64,000 nt of DNA from Gammaproteobacteria bacterium (lineage in GTDB: Bacteria; Pseudomonadota; Gammaproteobacteria; Steroidobacterales; Rariloculaceae): NCBI GenBank assembly GCA_963665575.2, contig CAXXDW010000006.1:1201122-1265121 (forward strand), read 5' to 3'. Made by a program: the position numbers and the translations under genes. This document shows, one piece after another, positions 8,131 to 17,196 of the stretch (the first letter of the stretch is position 1; every line of letters starts with the position of its first letter). The notes under the pieces were generated by a model. It had not been told where the DNA came from and searched no databases. It worked only from the letters and a program-made list of their open reading frames with translations.

Positions 8131-9632
8131 CCGAACGAGACCCGAGCCCGCAACACGAACAGACCATCGTCGCGGTCAAGCCGGGGTTCGGCGCCGCAAA
8201 GCGAGGGTCCGCCAAGCCGAGTCAGGCGAAACGGCGGCTGCCGTGGCTCGCTCTTTCAGCCGCGGGCCTTGTTTTGCTCGCTCTGGCCGTGTTCTTCGTG
8301 CTGCCGAACTGGGTCGAGGAACAGTCGGCGAACACGCCCGTAGAGGCGCCGGCCGCCGTCGCGGCGCCCGAGCCCGCCGGTCCGGTCCTGTCCGAAGAAG
8401 AACTCGCTGCACTTGAAGCTCGGGCAGAGTCGCTGTTGGCCGCGCTGTTGCCGCAGCAGGCGCGGCTCGAGGAGTTGTCGGCGTCCGTTTGGGGCGGTAC
8501 GCAATGGGAGCGCTACGAGGAAACGGCGCGCGGCGCCGATGACGCGCTGTTGGCCGATGCCTTCGCCGAAGCCGCGACGGCGTATGAGGCAGCGCTTGCC
8601 GTCGGCGAAGGCTTGCTCGAGCGTTCCTACGAGATCATCCGTGCGGCACTGGACAGCGGCCGACAGGCGCTTGAGGCTGGCAATTCCGAGCTCGCGATCG
8701 AACAGTTCGACCTGGTGCTCAGCATCGAACCCGGCAACGCAGCGGCTCAAGCCGGTCGCGCGCGTGCCGGGCGTCTGCCCGAAGTCATCGAGCTGGTGCG
8801 CGAGGGCGACGAGCTGCGCCAGGGGCAGCAACTGGAGGCCGCCGCCGATGCCTACCGCGCGGCGCTCGCGATCGACGGACGCTGGGACCCGGCACGCGCG
8901 GCCCTGACTGCCGTAATGGCCGACATCGCGCGCTCGAGCTTCGATGCGCTGCTCTCGGAAGGCTTTGCGGCGTTGGCGGACGAGGATTTCGACGAAGCGC
9001 AGTCACGCTTCACCGCGGCGCTGGCCATGCGGGCGGACTCCAGGGATGCGCGTGACGGATTGACGCTGGCCGAGCAGGGCCTGGAACTTCAGCAGATCGA
9101 GATGGCCGAAGCCAGGGCGCTTGCCTTCGAACGACGCGAACTGTGGGATCGTGCGATTGCGCAGTACGAGTCGGCGCTTGCGGCCGACGCGACACTCGAG
9201 TTCGCGCTCGCGGGTCTTGCGCGCTCGCGCGAGCGCAGCGACCTCGACGCGAAGCTTGTGAACCTGATCGAGAACCCCGAATTGTTGTTGAGCGATACTG
9301 TCCTTGCGGAAGCCGAAGCGCTAGCAGAACAGGCGCATACGATTGCCGACCCCGGCGCGAGGCTCGACGGGCAACTCGTCCGCCTCGATGAGCTCATCCT
9401 GGCCGCGACGACGCCGTTGCCTGTGCAGCTTCAGTCCGATGAGCTCACCGAGGTCACCGTCTATCGCGTCGGCCAGCTCGGTACGTTCCTGGCGACGCAG
9501 ATCGAAGTCCGGCCGGGCAGCTACACGGTGGTTGGCAGCCGCAGGGGCTACAGGGACGTTCGCAAGACTTTCACTGTTCTGCCGGGCCGCGAGATGCCGC
9601 CGATCAGCGTCATGTGCGTAGAGCCGATCTGA
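8127..9632 (+). CDS. single-pass membrane protein with TPR-like repeats and a C-terminal PEGA-like beta domain
   Basis: GTG 8127 overlaps the kinase stop (GTGA). TM segment LPWLALSAAGLVLLALAVFFVL. At least 4 TPR-like units, e.g. ALEAGNSELAIEQFDLVLSIEPGNAAAQ and GQQLEAAADAYRAALAIDGRWDPA. C-terminus: IEVRPGSYTVVGSRRGYRDVRKTFTVLPG. Confidence 0.7.
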   Translation: MTERDPSPQHEQTIVAVKPGFGAAKRGSAKPSQAKRRLPWLALSAAGLVLLALAVFFVLPNWVEEQSANTPVEAPAAVAAPEPAGPVLSEEELAALEARAESLLAALLPQQARLEELSASVWGGTQWERYEETARGADDALLADAFAEAATAYEAALAVGEGLLERSYEIIRAALDSGRQALEAGNSELAIEQFDLVLSIEPGNAAAQAGRARAGRLPEVIELVREGDELRQGQQLEAAADAYRAALAIDGRWDPARAALTAVMADIARSSFDALLSEGFAALADEDFDEAQSRFTAALAMRADSRDARDGLTLAEQGLELQQIEMAEARALAFERRELWDRAIAQYESALAADATLEFALAGLARSRERSDLDAKLVNLIENPELLLSDTVLAEAEALAEQAHTIADPGARLDGQLVRLDELILAATTPLPVQLQSDELTEVTVYRVGQLGTFLATQIEVRPGSYTVVGSRRGYRDVRKTFTVLPGREMPPISVMCVEPI

Positions 9633-9652
9633 GCTGCGGAGGCCGGGAGCGG

Positions 9653-12091
9653 ATGAGCAAATCGAACGAGTGGATCCTGGCGACGAGCGAGTCGGGGTAC
9701 ACGCGGTATTTCGAAGCGGAGTCGCTGCCGGTCTCGATCGGCGGGAGCGGCGGCGACGATATCAGGCTCGGCGGCATTTCAGGCTCGGCGCAGATCGGTG
9801 TGCTCGACGGCGTCTTCTTCGTACAGGCGGGCCGGACCACGACCAACGTGCGGATCGGCGGCGAGCTGCTCAGAAGTTCGCGCCGGCTCGCCGACGGCGA
9901 CGTCATCGCACTGGACAGCGCTCGCCTGAACTGTGCCATCGCCGCCGGAAAGCTGACGGTGTCGATCGAAGCCAGGGTCACCGCGGGCGACACCGCACCG
10001 CCCGATCTCGAGGAACTCGCGCGTGCCGGCGACGAAGGCGGCGACGAGATCGCGATCGCGCCCGTCGCGTTTCGCTCCGGGGCGAGCTCGGCTCAACCGT
10101 CGCGTCCCAGGCGCCCGAGGGTGGCGACGATGGTCGTCGCGGCCGCATTCGCCGTGCTCGCCGTGCTCGGTTGGTTCGCGTTCACCGCGAAGTCCGTACA
10201 GCTCGTCTTCGAGCCGGCCGCCGACGAGTTCAGCCTGCCGTCAACCTTGTTCAAGTTTCAGCTCGGCGACCGGATGTTGCTGCGTTCGGGAACGCACCAG
10301 CTGGCCGCGCAAGTCGAGGGCTACTATCCCCTCGATACCACCGTCGAGGTCGGCCCGTTGCCCGATCAGTCCTTCGAACTCCCGTTCACGAAGTTGCCGG
10401 GCCTGATCACGCTTCGAACCGAGCCCGAGGCGGGCGCCGAAGCAAGCATTGAGGGCGAGCTGCTCGGCCAGACGCCGCTCGTCGATTTCGAGCTGGAACC
10501 CGGGGTGCACCGCATCGAGTTTGCGGCAGACCGATATTTGCCGGAGGTTCGCGAGCTCACGGTCGAGGGCGGCCGCGAGCGCCAGTCGCTGACGGCGGAG
10601 CTTACGCCGGACTGGGCGCCGGTGACGATCAGCAGCGTCCCGCCGGGCGCCGACATCGTCGTCGACGGTGAAACCGTGGGCGTCACGCCGACCGAAGTCG
10701 AGATCACCGCCGGCGAGCGGCGCATCGAGGTCCGGCTCGGCGGCTACAACGCCTGGGGCATGCTGCTCAATGTCGTCGCCGACAGCGCACAAAGTCTGCC
10801 GCTCATCACCCTGGATCCGGCCGACGGGCGCATCGAACTCGTCAGCGTCCCGAGCGAGGCGGCCGTGAGCGTCAACGGCGAGTACCGCGGCCGGACGCCG
10901 CTCGAACTTCGCCTTAGCCCGTCACGTACGCACGAGATCGTGCTGAGCCGGCCGGGCTATGTTTCACGAACTCTCGAGTTGTCGGTCGCCGCCGACAGCG
11001 GACGCGTCGTGGAGCTCGAACTCGAGGCTCAATTGGGCGAGATCGTCGTGCAAAGCACGCCGCCCGGTGCCGAGATCTGGGTCGACGGCAACCGCGAGGC
11101 CTCCACGCCCGCAACGCTCAATCTGCTTGCGATCAGTCACGACATCGAGATTCGTCAGATCGGTTACGTGCCGCAGGGCGCCGAAGTGACTCCGCGGCCC
11201 GGGTTTACCCAGACGCTCGATTTCGATCTCGAGGTGCTCGACGACGCCTCCGGCAGCGGCTATCCGCGCATCGTGCAAACGGCGATCGGGCAGGAACTCA
11301 GGCTCGTACCCGCGGGTACGTTTTCGATGGGCTCGTCGCGGCGCGAGCAGGGACGCCGTTCCAACGAGACACTGCGCGACGTGCAGATCAGCCGCGCCTT
11401 CTATCTCGGTGTGCGCGAAGTCAGCAACGCCGAGTTTCGGATGTTCCGTCAGGAGCACTATTCGGGCGAGTTCGCTAACACGTCGCTCGACGGCGACGAG
11501 CAGCCCGTGGTTCGGGTGACCTGGGAAGACGCCGCAATGTTCCTCAATTGGCTCAGCGCGCGCGACGGGCTGCAACCTGTCTACGCGCCGACGACGACCT
11601 CGTGGGCGCCGATCCGGCCGATCAGGAACGGCTACCGTTTGCCGACCGAGGCGGAGTGGGCCTGGGCGGCGCGCGCCGCGGAACGCGACGAGCCGCTGGT
11701 CTATCCCTGGGGTCCGCAACCGCCGCCGCCGGATCGCTCGGGCAACTACGCCGACCTGTCGGCAGCCGCGATCCTGCCGACGACCCTCGTGACCTACAAC
11801 GACGGGTTCGCGGTGACCGCGCCCGCGGGCAGCTTCGAGCCGAACGTGCTCGGCATTTTCGATCTGGGCGGCAATGTGTCGGAGTGGCTGCAGGACTTCT
11901 ACGAGGTCAGGGTCATCGCGCCGGAGACCCTCGAGATCGATCCCCTGGGGCCGGAAACCGGCCGGTTCAACATGATTCGGGGCGCGAGCTGGCGCAGCGC
12001 CACCGTGACGGACCTCAGGCTCGCCTACCGCAACTACGGATCCCAGCCTCGCGAAGATCTCGGTTTCCGTATCGCGCGGAATCTGGAATGA
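9653..12091 (+). CDS. FHA - TM - multiple PEGA - FGE/SUMF1-fold (formylglycine-generating-enzyme-like) protein
   Basis: gggagcgg SD before ATG 9653. N-terminal FHA (LPVSIGGSGGDDIRL...GGELLRSSRRLADGDVIAL). TM segment VATMVVAAAFAVLAVLGWFAF. At least 4 PEGA units (VPPGADIVVDGETVGVTP, VPSEAAVSVNGEYRGRTP, TPPGAEIWVDGNREASTP...). C-terminal FGE fold: LVPAGTFSMGS...PVVRVTWEDAAMFLNWLS...GYRLPTEAEWAWAAR...GNVSEWLQD...IRGASW...LGFRIAR. Confidence 0.85.
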   Translation: MSKSNEWILATSESGYTRYFEAESLPVSIGGSGGDDIRLGGISGSAQIGVLDGVFFVQAGRTTTNVRIGGELLRSSRRLADGDVIALDSARLNCAIAAGKLTVSIEARVTAGDTAPPDLEELARAGDEGGDEIAIAPVAFRSGASSAQPSRPRRPRVATMVVAAAFAVLAVLGWFAFTAKSVQLVFEPAADEFSLPSTLFKFQLGDRMLLRSGTHQLAAQVEGYYPLDTTVEVGPLPDQSFELPFTKLPGLITLRTEPEAGAEASIEGELLGQTPLVDFELEPGVHRIEFAADRYLPEVRELTVEGGRERQSLTAELTPDWAPVTISSVPPGADIVVDGETVGVTPTEVEITAGERRIEVRLGGYNAWGMLLNVVADSAQSLPLITLDPADGRIELVSVPSEAAVSVNGEYRGRTPLELRLSPSRTHEIVLSRPGYVSRTLELSVAADSGRVVELELEAQLGEIVVQSTPPGAEIWVDGNREASTPATLNLLAISHDIEIRQIGYVPQGAEVTPRPGFTQTLDFDLEVLDDASGSGYPRIVQTAIGQELRLVPAGTFSMGSSRREQGRRSNETLRDVQISRAFYLGVREVSNAEFRMFRQEHYSGEFANTSLDGDEQPVVRVTWEDAAMFLNWLSARDGLQPVYAPTTTSWAPIRPIRNGYRLPTEAEWAWAARAAERDEPLVYPWGPQPPPPDRSGNYADLSAAAILPTTLVTYNDGFAVTAPAGSFEPNVLGIFDLGGNVSEWLQDFYEVRVIAPETLEIDPLGPETGRFNMIRGASWRSATVTDLRLAYRNYGSQPREDLGFRIARNLE

Positions 12092-12145
12092 TCTGCCATT
12101 GGCGCGGTCTAACGTGAGTGTTCGCACCCGGTGCGAGGAAGAGCG

Positions 12146-12382
12146 ATGAATACGATCCGGATACTTTTCGCGGTACTCGGCCTGAGCCTGGTCGCGCTCG
12201 CGACGATCGGCCAGGAAGCCGAGGGCGAGCCCGAGAGCCCGCCTCCGGCCGCCGGGGAGTCTGAGGCAGAGCCCACCGTGGAGCCTGCCGGGGAAGCTCC
12301 GCGAGGCACTTCCGATGAAGTGTTCATTCCGACCGTCGAGGTCCAGGCGGACGAGGAAGTCGTGTTTCCGGTGGACATCTAG
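12146..12382 (+). CDS. small secreted acidic protein
   Basis: gaggaagag SD before ATG 12146. Signal-like MNTIRILFAVLGLSLVALATIGQ, then an E/P/A-rich region and a C-terminal EVFIPTVEVQADEEVVFPVDI. Confidence 0.5.
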   Translation: MNTIRILFAVLGLSLVALATIGQEAEGEPESPPPAAGESEAEPTVEPAGEAPRGTSDEVFIPTVEVQADEEVVFPVDI

Positions 12383-12487
12383 CGCGCAAATCTCACCAAG
12401 CCTTCGCTTCTCTCTTGCCCGGGGGTGCCGCTTGGCGCTCGGCCGGGAAACTGACGGCGGACACCATACCTTGAGGACCCTTGCAAG

Positions 12488-13294
12488 ATGAGACGTACTT
12501 TTTTCGGCGAATTTCTCTTTCAGGCATTTGCGCTGATCGTCATGGTCATTCTCGTGCATGCGTTCTACGTGACGAGTGTGCGGCCCAATGCGACGTCGAT
12601 TCTCGAGGAGCAGGCGCTCAGGATTCAGCAGGAGGAGAACTACACGCCGGAACGCTCGTTCTGGGTGCTCATCAGGGACTTCGAGCAGGAAGCCTGTTTC
12701 ATCCTCATGTTCTGGGCGTTCGCGATCATGGGTTACAAGGCCGTCTTCATGTACAACGAGCGAACCTTGTTGCAGCGGGAGTTCCTGCCGGTGCCCGACG
12801 GCGTTCGAATACTTCCCGAAGACACGCGCGAGTACGGTCGCGCGATCGAGTCGCTGCCCGAACGGGTCAGGGCCATGCTGCTGCCCCGCGTGCTCTTGTC
12901 GTCGCTCGAGCGTTTCGGGTCGACGCGCAACGTTCAGGATGTGTCGTCGGTGGCGAATTCACTGTGCGAGGCCGAGGGCGAGCGGCTGGAGTCGGAGCTG
13001 TCGATGATCCGCTACATCGCCTGGGCCATACCTTCCGTGGGGTTCATCGGCACCGTACGGGGTATCGGCCAGGCGCTCGGCGAAGCGCAGCGCGCCGTCG
13101 AAGGGGACATCGCGGGCGTTACCGAGAACCTCGGGGTGGCATTCAACTCGACGTTCATAGCGCTTTTGATTTCGATCGTCGTCATGTTCCTGGTCCACCA
13201 GTTGCAGTTGTTTCAGGAGCGTCTCGTGTTCGATACGCAGACCTACGTCGACCACAACCTCATACGCCACATGCGAAGCCGCGGCGCCACCTAG
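12488..13294 (+). CDS. MotA/TolQ/ExbB proton-channel family protein
   Basis: Four predicted TM segments. The family signature lies in the last two helices (IPSVGFIGTVRGIGQAL ... GVAFNSTFIALLISIVVMFLV). A loop of about 100 aa sits between TM2 and TM3. Confidence 0.85.
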   Translation: MRRTFFGEFLFQAFALIVMVILVHAFYVTSVRPNATSILEEQALRIQQEENYTPERSFWVLIRDFEQEACFILMFWAFAIMGYKAVFMYNERTLLQREFLPVPDGVRILPEDTREYGRAIESLPERVRAMLLPRVLLSSLERFGSTRNVQDVSSVANSLCEAEGERLESELSMIRYIAWAIPSVGFIGTVRGIGQALGEAQRAVEGDIAGVTENLGVAFNSTFIALLISIVVMFLVHQLQLFQERLVFDTQTYVDHNLIRHMRSRGAT

Positions 13295-13308
13295 CCGAGC
13301 GAGGGGAG

Positions 13309-14709
13309 ATGCCTGCACGCGCGATCGAAATCAACGATGCCGGCCTTGTCGTCGCCGATGCGTCGGGCATCCTGGCCGTCGAGCCGGGCTATGCGCTGGT
13401 CGAGAAGGGCGCGATCACGACGGGATTGCAGGCATACGGGCAGGCGCGTCTGAAACCGCGCCAGGTCAGCAACAGCTTCTGGTCAAATCTCAGTCTGGAG
13501 AAGGGCAGTGCGGGCGTTGAGGGCGCGCCAAACTCCGCGGAACTTGCCTACAAACAGCTTGGCGCCCTGTGGAGCAGGTTCGCCGCCTCGACCGACGACG
13601 TCGTGCTCATCGTGCCGGGCCATTACGGTCAGGCCCAGCTCGGACTGCTGCTCGGTCTCGCCGAGGAGTGCGCGGTGCCGGTACGTGCCATGGTCGATGC
13701 TGCGGTCGCGGCAAGCCACCGGCCGTATCCCGGCCGCGAACTTGTCTACGTCGATGCGGGACTGCATCGGGTGTCCGTCACGGCGCTCGCGCAGGGCGAC
13801 GACGTGAGCGTGCGGTCCGAACAGCGCCTGGACAGCACCGGACTCGCCGGTCTCAATGATCTGCTTGCCCGGCGGGTCGCCGAGATGTTCGTGTTTGCGA
13901 GCCGCTTCGATCCGTTTCACGATGCCGCCAGCGAGCAGCTCCTCTATGACCGCTTGCCCGAATGGCTTGCGTCGCTGCACGAGCAGGGCTCGGCGGTGCT
14001 TGCGCTGCCGCACGGCGCCGATGAAGTCGAGGTTCAGATCGAGCGGGGACAACTGCTGAAGGTGGCGCTCGGCTTTTACAAGGCGCTGTTGCAGCTCATC
14101 GCACAAACGCGCGAGGCCCGATCGGGACTGGTCGTGCAATTGTCGGACCGGTTGGCTCGGTTGCCGGGAGTCATGGGTGAGTTGGCGCGCCTGGACGATT
14201 CCGAGGTGGTCGGTCTCGCGCCGGGGCACGCGGCCATTGCCGCGCTCGAGGGCTTCGCTGCAATGGACACGCGTAAAGGCGTGAAGCTGCTCCGACGCAT
14301 GTCCTGGCGCGCCGAGCCCGTGTCGGCTGTGGGGTCCGTGGCGGAAATCGCTGACACAGCGATCGCCGTGTCGGACACGCCCGTTCCGACCCATGTCGTC
14401 TATCGCGGCGTGGCGCATCCGGTCGACGGGGCGGGTCTCGTGATCGGCCGGTCCGGCGCCGAGGATCGGCAGGTCATCGTCGTGGACGATCAGCCCGGCG
14501 GCGTGTCCCGGTCGCACTGTGAACTCAGGCTCAGCAACGGCGAACTCAAGCTGCGCGACCTGTCGAGCTATGGTACTTTCGTGAACGAAAAGCGCGTCTC
14601 CGGAGAGGCTACGCTGCAGCCGGCGGACATCATCCGGATCGGCACTCCGGGCGCGGAGCTTCAGGTCGTAACGGTCAAGGCCCCGGAGCGGTCACATGGC
14701 ACGCCGTAG
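13309..14709 (+). CDS. actin/Hsp70-fold-like N-terminal domain fused to C-terminal FHA domain
   Basis: gaggggag SD before ATG 13309, internal to ORF 12481..14709. Hsp70-like strings: AIEINDAGLVVA, VLIVPGHYGQAQLGLLLGLAEECAVPVRAMVDAAVAAS, LVYVDAGLHRVSVTAL. C-terminal FHA: LVIGRSG...GVSRSHCELRLSNGELKLRDLSSYGTFVNEKRV...ADIIRIG. Confidence 0.75.
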   Translation: MPARAIEINDAGLVVADASGILAVEPGYALVEKGAITTGLQAYGQARLKPRQVSNSFWSNLSLEKGSAGVEGAPNSAELAYKQLGALWSRFAASTDDVVLIVPGHYGQAQLGLLLGLAEECAVPVRAMVDAAVAASHRPYPGRELVYVDAGLHRVSVTALAQGDDVSVRSEQRLDSTGLAGLNDLLARRVAEMFVFASRFDPFHDAASEQLLYDRLPEWLASLHEQGSAVLALPHGADEVEVQIERGQLLKVALGFYKALLQLIAQTREARSGLVVQLSDRLARLPGVMGELARLDDSEVVGLAPGHAAIAALEGFAAMDTRKGVKLLRRMSWRAEPVSAVGSVAEIADTAIAVSDTPVPTHVVYRGVAHPVDGAGLVIGRSGAEDRQVIVVDDQPGGVSRSHCELRLSNGELKLRDLSSYGTFVNEKRVSGEATLQPADIIRIGTPGAELQVVTVKAPERSHGTP

Positions 14710-15793
14710 GGAATTCAGCGTCATCTCGATGTCGTTTCTCGACGCGATGACCTGCGGTTTCGGCGCCGTGATCCTGTTTTTCATGATCATCACGGCCAAC
14801 ATCGATCTGAGGCGCGATACCGTGCTCGACGATGTGGCCGCCGAGGTCGACCGCATGGAAATCAGGGTCGTGGCCGGGCGCAGGAACCTCGTGCAGCTCA
14901 GGGAGGATCTCGCGCGCCTCCTCGAGGAGCGGTACACGACACGCGGCGTCAAGCAACAGATCATGGCGGAGATCGACACAACGCGCGAGGACCTGGTCAC
15001 GCAGGCCGAAGCCGCCGACATGCGCGACGATCTCATCGAGCAACTGCGGGCGGATCTCGCGGCCCTGGAAGAGGAGACCGAGCAACTCGCGATGACCGAC
15101 GACACGGCCGAAGAGGCGGGCGCCTCGATCCGCAGCGTACAGGGCGAAGGTTACCGCCAATACCTGACGGGGCTGCGCATGGGCGGACAGCGGATCGTCA
15201 TTCTCGTCGACGTCTCTGCGAGCATGCTCGACCGTACGCTCGTCAATATCATCCGCCGCCGCAACCTGCCTGACGTGCAAAAGCGCCAGGCGCCGAAGTG
15301 GCAGCAACTCGTCAACACCGTGGATTGGCTCACGGCGCAGATCCCGCCGGGTACGCAGTTCCAGGTGATCGCGTTCAACAATGAAGCCTGGTCGCTCGTT
15401 GAAGGGACCGACGGGCAGTGGCTTACGGCCAGCGACGCAAGTCAGCTCGACGAAGCCGTGCGCCGGTTGCGCGAGGAGACGGTCGCCGAAGGCCCGACGA
15501 GCCTGCACGTTGCGTTTCAGGCGGCAAGGCGCCTGCAACCCCGACCCGACAACATCTACCTGCTCGTCGACGGCCTGCCGACCATGGGCGGCGTCCAGCC
15601 GACCCGTAACGGCGTCACGAGCAGGGAGCGGCTCGGGCATTTCGAGCGCGCGACGCGCGAGCGGCCGATCGGCACTCCCGTCAACGTCATACTGCTGGCA
15701 ATGGAGGGCGACCCGCTCGCAGCGCCCGCCTACTGGCAGCTCGCGCTCGAGAGCGGCGGCTCGATGATGGCACCGGCGGAGGACTGGCCGTGA
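14696..15793 (+). CDS. ExbD/TolR-like TM anchor - coiled coil - von Willebrand factor A (vWA) domain protein
   Basis: Overlaps the upstream gene by 14 nt. N-terminus SVISMSFLDAMTCGFGAVILFFMII has a TM-proximal Asp (codon 14741-14743). A heptad-rich E/R/L segment follows. MIDAS motif DVSASM at 15209-15226. Confidence 0.8.
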   Translation: MARRREFSVISMSFLDAMTCGFGAVILFFMIITANIDLRRDTVLDDVAAEVDRMEIRVVAGRRNLVQLREDLARLLEERYTTRGVKQQIMAEIDTTREDLVTQAEAADMRDDLIEQLRADLAALEEETEQLAMTDDTAEEAGASIRSVQGEGYRQYLTGLRMGGQRIVILVDVSASMLDRTLVNIIRRRNLPDVQKRQAPKWQQLVNTVDWLTAQIPPGTQFQVIAFNNEAWSLVEGTDGQWLTASDASQLDEAVRRLREETVAEGPTSLHVAFQAARRLQPRPDNIYLLVDGLPTMGGVQPTRNGVTSRERLGHFERATRERPIGTPVNVILLAMEGDPLAAPAYWQLALESGGSMMAPAEDWP

Positions 15794-16800
15794 AAAAAAA
15801 GAAACGCCGCGGCATAGAGACGCTGAGCCTGTCGTTCCTCGACAGCATTTCCTGTGGTTTCGGGGCGATCATCCTGCTGCTCGTGATCACGAAGCTCTTC
15901 GAGCCGATCCGGCTCGAGGAGAGCAATCAGGAACTGGAGGGACTGCTCGCACGTTACGAACAGGAACTCACGGAGATACTCGGCGAGACCGAGACGGTGC
16001 AACGCGAACGCGTCACGACCGCCGAGACCGTCGAGGAAGACCAGGTCCAGGTCCTCGAGTTGCAGCAGGAACTCACGCGCATCCGTTCGATTCTGCTTGA
16101 CCGGGAGGACGACGAGACGGTCGCTGACGAACTCGCAGGCCGACTCGCGGCCGCCAAGCAGTCGCTGACAGAGGAAATGGAGCGCCTGCTCGCCAACCAG
16201 GTGCCCAATGTCGAGGACTACGCGATCGGCGGCGTTCCCGTCGACAGCGAGTACATCATCTTCATCATCGACACCTCCGGCAGCATGCGCAGTTACGCCT
16301 GGGACCGGGTCCAGCGGCAGATCAGCGAGACGCTCGACGTGTATCCCACCGTCAAGGGCATGCAGATCATCAACGACGAGGGGACGTATCTCTTCAGAAG
16401 CTATCGGGGCCAGTGGATACCGGATACGCCGGCCCGCCGGCGGGCAATCATCGATTCCCTGCCGAACTGGAACGCGTTCTCCGATTCGAGTCCGCGGGAG
16501 GGCATTCTCGAGGCGATCGAGAGGTTCTACGATCCCGAAAAGAAGATCTCGCTGTATGTGTACAGCGATGACTTCGCGCCGACATCGACGATTCGCCAGG
16601 TCGTGCGCGAAGTCGACCGGCGCAACAGGCGCGACGAGGATGGCAATCGCCGGGTCAGGATTCACGCGGTCGCCTTCCCGGTCTACTGGGACGTCATGGG
16701 CGACCTCGTCTCGTCCGCGCGCTACGCCACGCTCATGCGGGTGCTCTGTCAGCGCAACGGCGGAACCTTCGTCGCGCTGCCCTCGCGCCGCGACATCTGA
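15790..16800 (+). CDS. ExbD/TolR-like TM anchor - coiled coil - vWA domain protein (paralog of the preceding gene)
   Basis: GTG 15790 overlaps the upstream stop (GTGA). KKKKRR then LSLSFLDSISCGFGAIILLLVI (Asp codon 15841-15843). Coiled-coil segment. MIDAS motif DTSGSM at 16270-16287. Confidence 0.8.
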   Translation: MKKKKRRGIETLSLSFLDSISCGFGAIILLLVITKLFEPIRLEESNQELEGLLARYEQELTEILGETETVQRERVTTAETVEEDQVQVLELQQELTRIRSILLDREDDETVADELAGRLAAAKQSLTEEMERLLANQVPNVEDYAIGGVPVDSEYIIFIIDTSGSMRSYAWDRVQRQISETLDVYPTVKGMQIINDEGTYLFRSYRGQWIPDTPARRRAIIDSLPNWNAFSDSSPREGILEAIERFYDPEKKISLYVYSDDFAPTSTIRQVVREVDRRNRRDEDGNRRVRIHAVAFPVYWDVMGDLVSSARYATLMRVLCQRNGGTFVALPSRRDI

Positions 16801-17196
16801 ACGGCCGAACCTTCCGCCGGTGAGTGGCCGCGTCAGCGGTCGCAGTGCCGAGCGGGTTTCTGCCATGAACAGTCGGCAGCCGGCAAGCAAGAGTCCTGCG
16901 GCATGGCATGTGAAACGCCCTCGCCGACAGCGGCCGGTCAACGGGCGTTACCTTGAGTCCGAGTTGCATCGCGCGGCGCTTGGGTACACCCCGCGTTTTG
17001 CTTCTCGTGCCTTGTTTTGGTGCGCAATCCGGCGGGCTGCCTGCAGTGCGAGGTTGCCTCCCGACAGTCGATCCCGCCACTGGTCAGAATTGATCATCAT
17101 TCGGGCATGGTCCGGCCCGGATTCGGCCCGGAATTGCCTTGCCGCGGCGCTTCAATGGCAGGTGTCAGCAGACACCTGGACACAAAGGAGCGAACC

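Noticed and set aside
12481-13308. Upstream in-frame extension making a 742-aa actin-fold/FHA protein (track ORF 12481..14709).
   Set aside because: The extension overlaps the well-supported MotA/ExbB gene in another frame and is Arg/Gly-rich. A good SD (gaggggag) precedes ATG 13309.
16801-17196. Possible small protein gene in the 396-bp gap before the OmpA-like gene (for example MNSRQPASKSP... within ORF 16208..17200, or ORF 16733..17080 minus).
   Set aside because: No SD, no hydrophobic or other motif content, and Arg-rich composition. I left it as non-coding pending transcript data.
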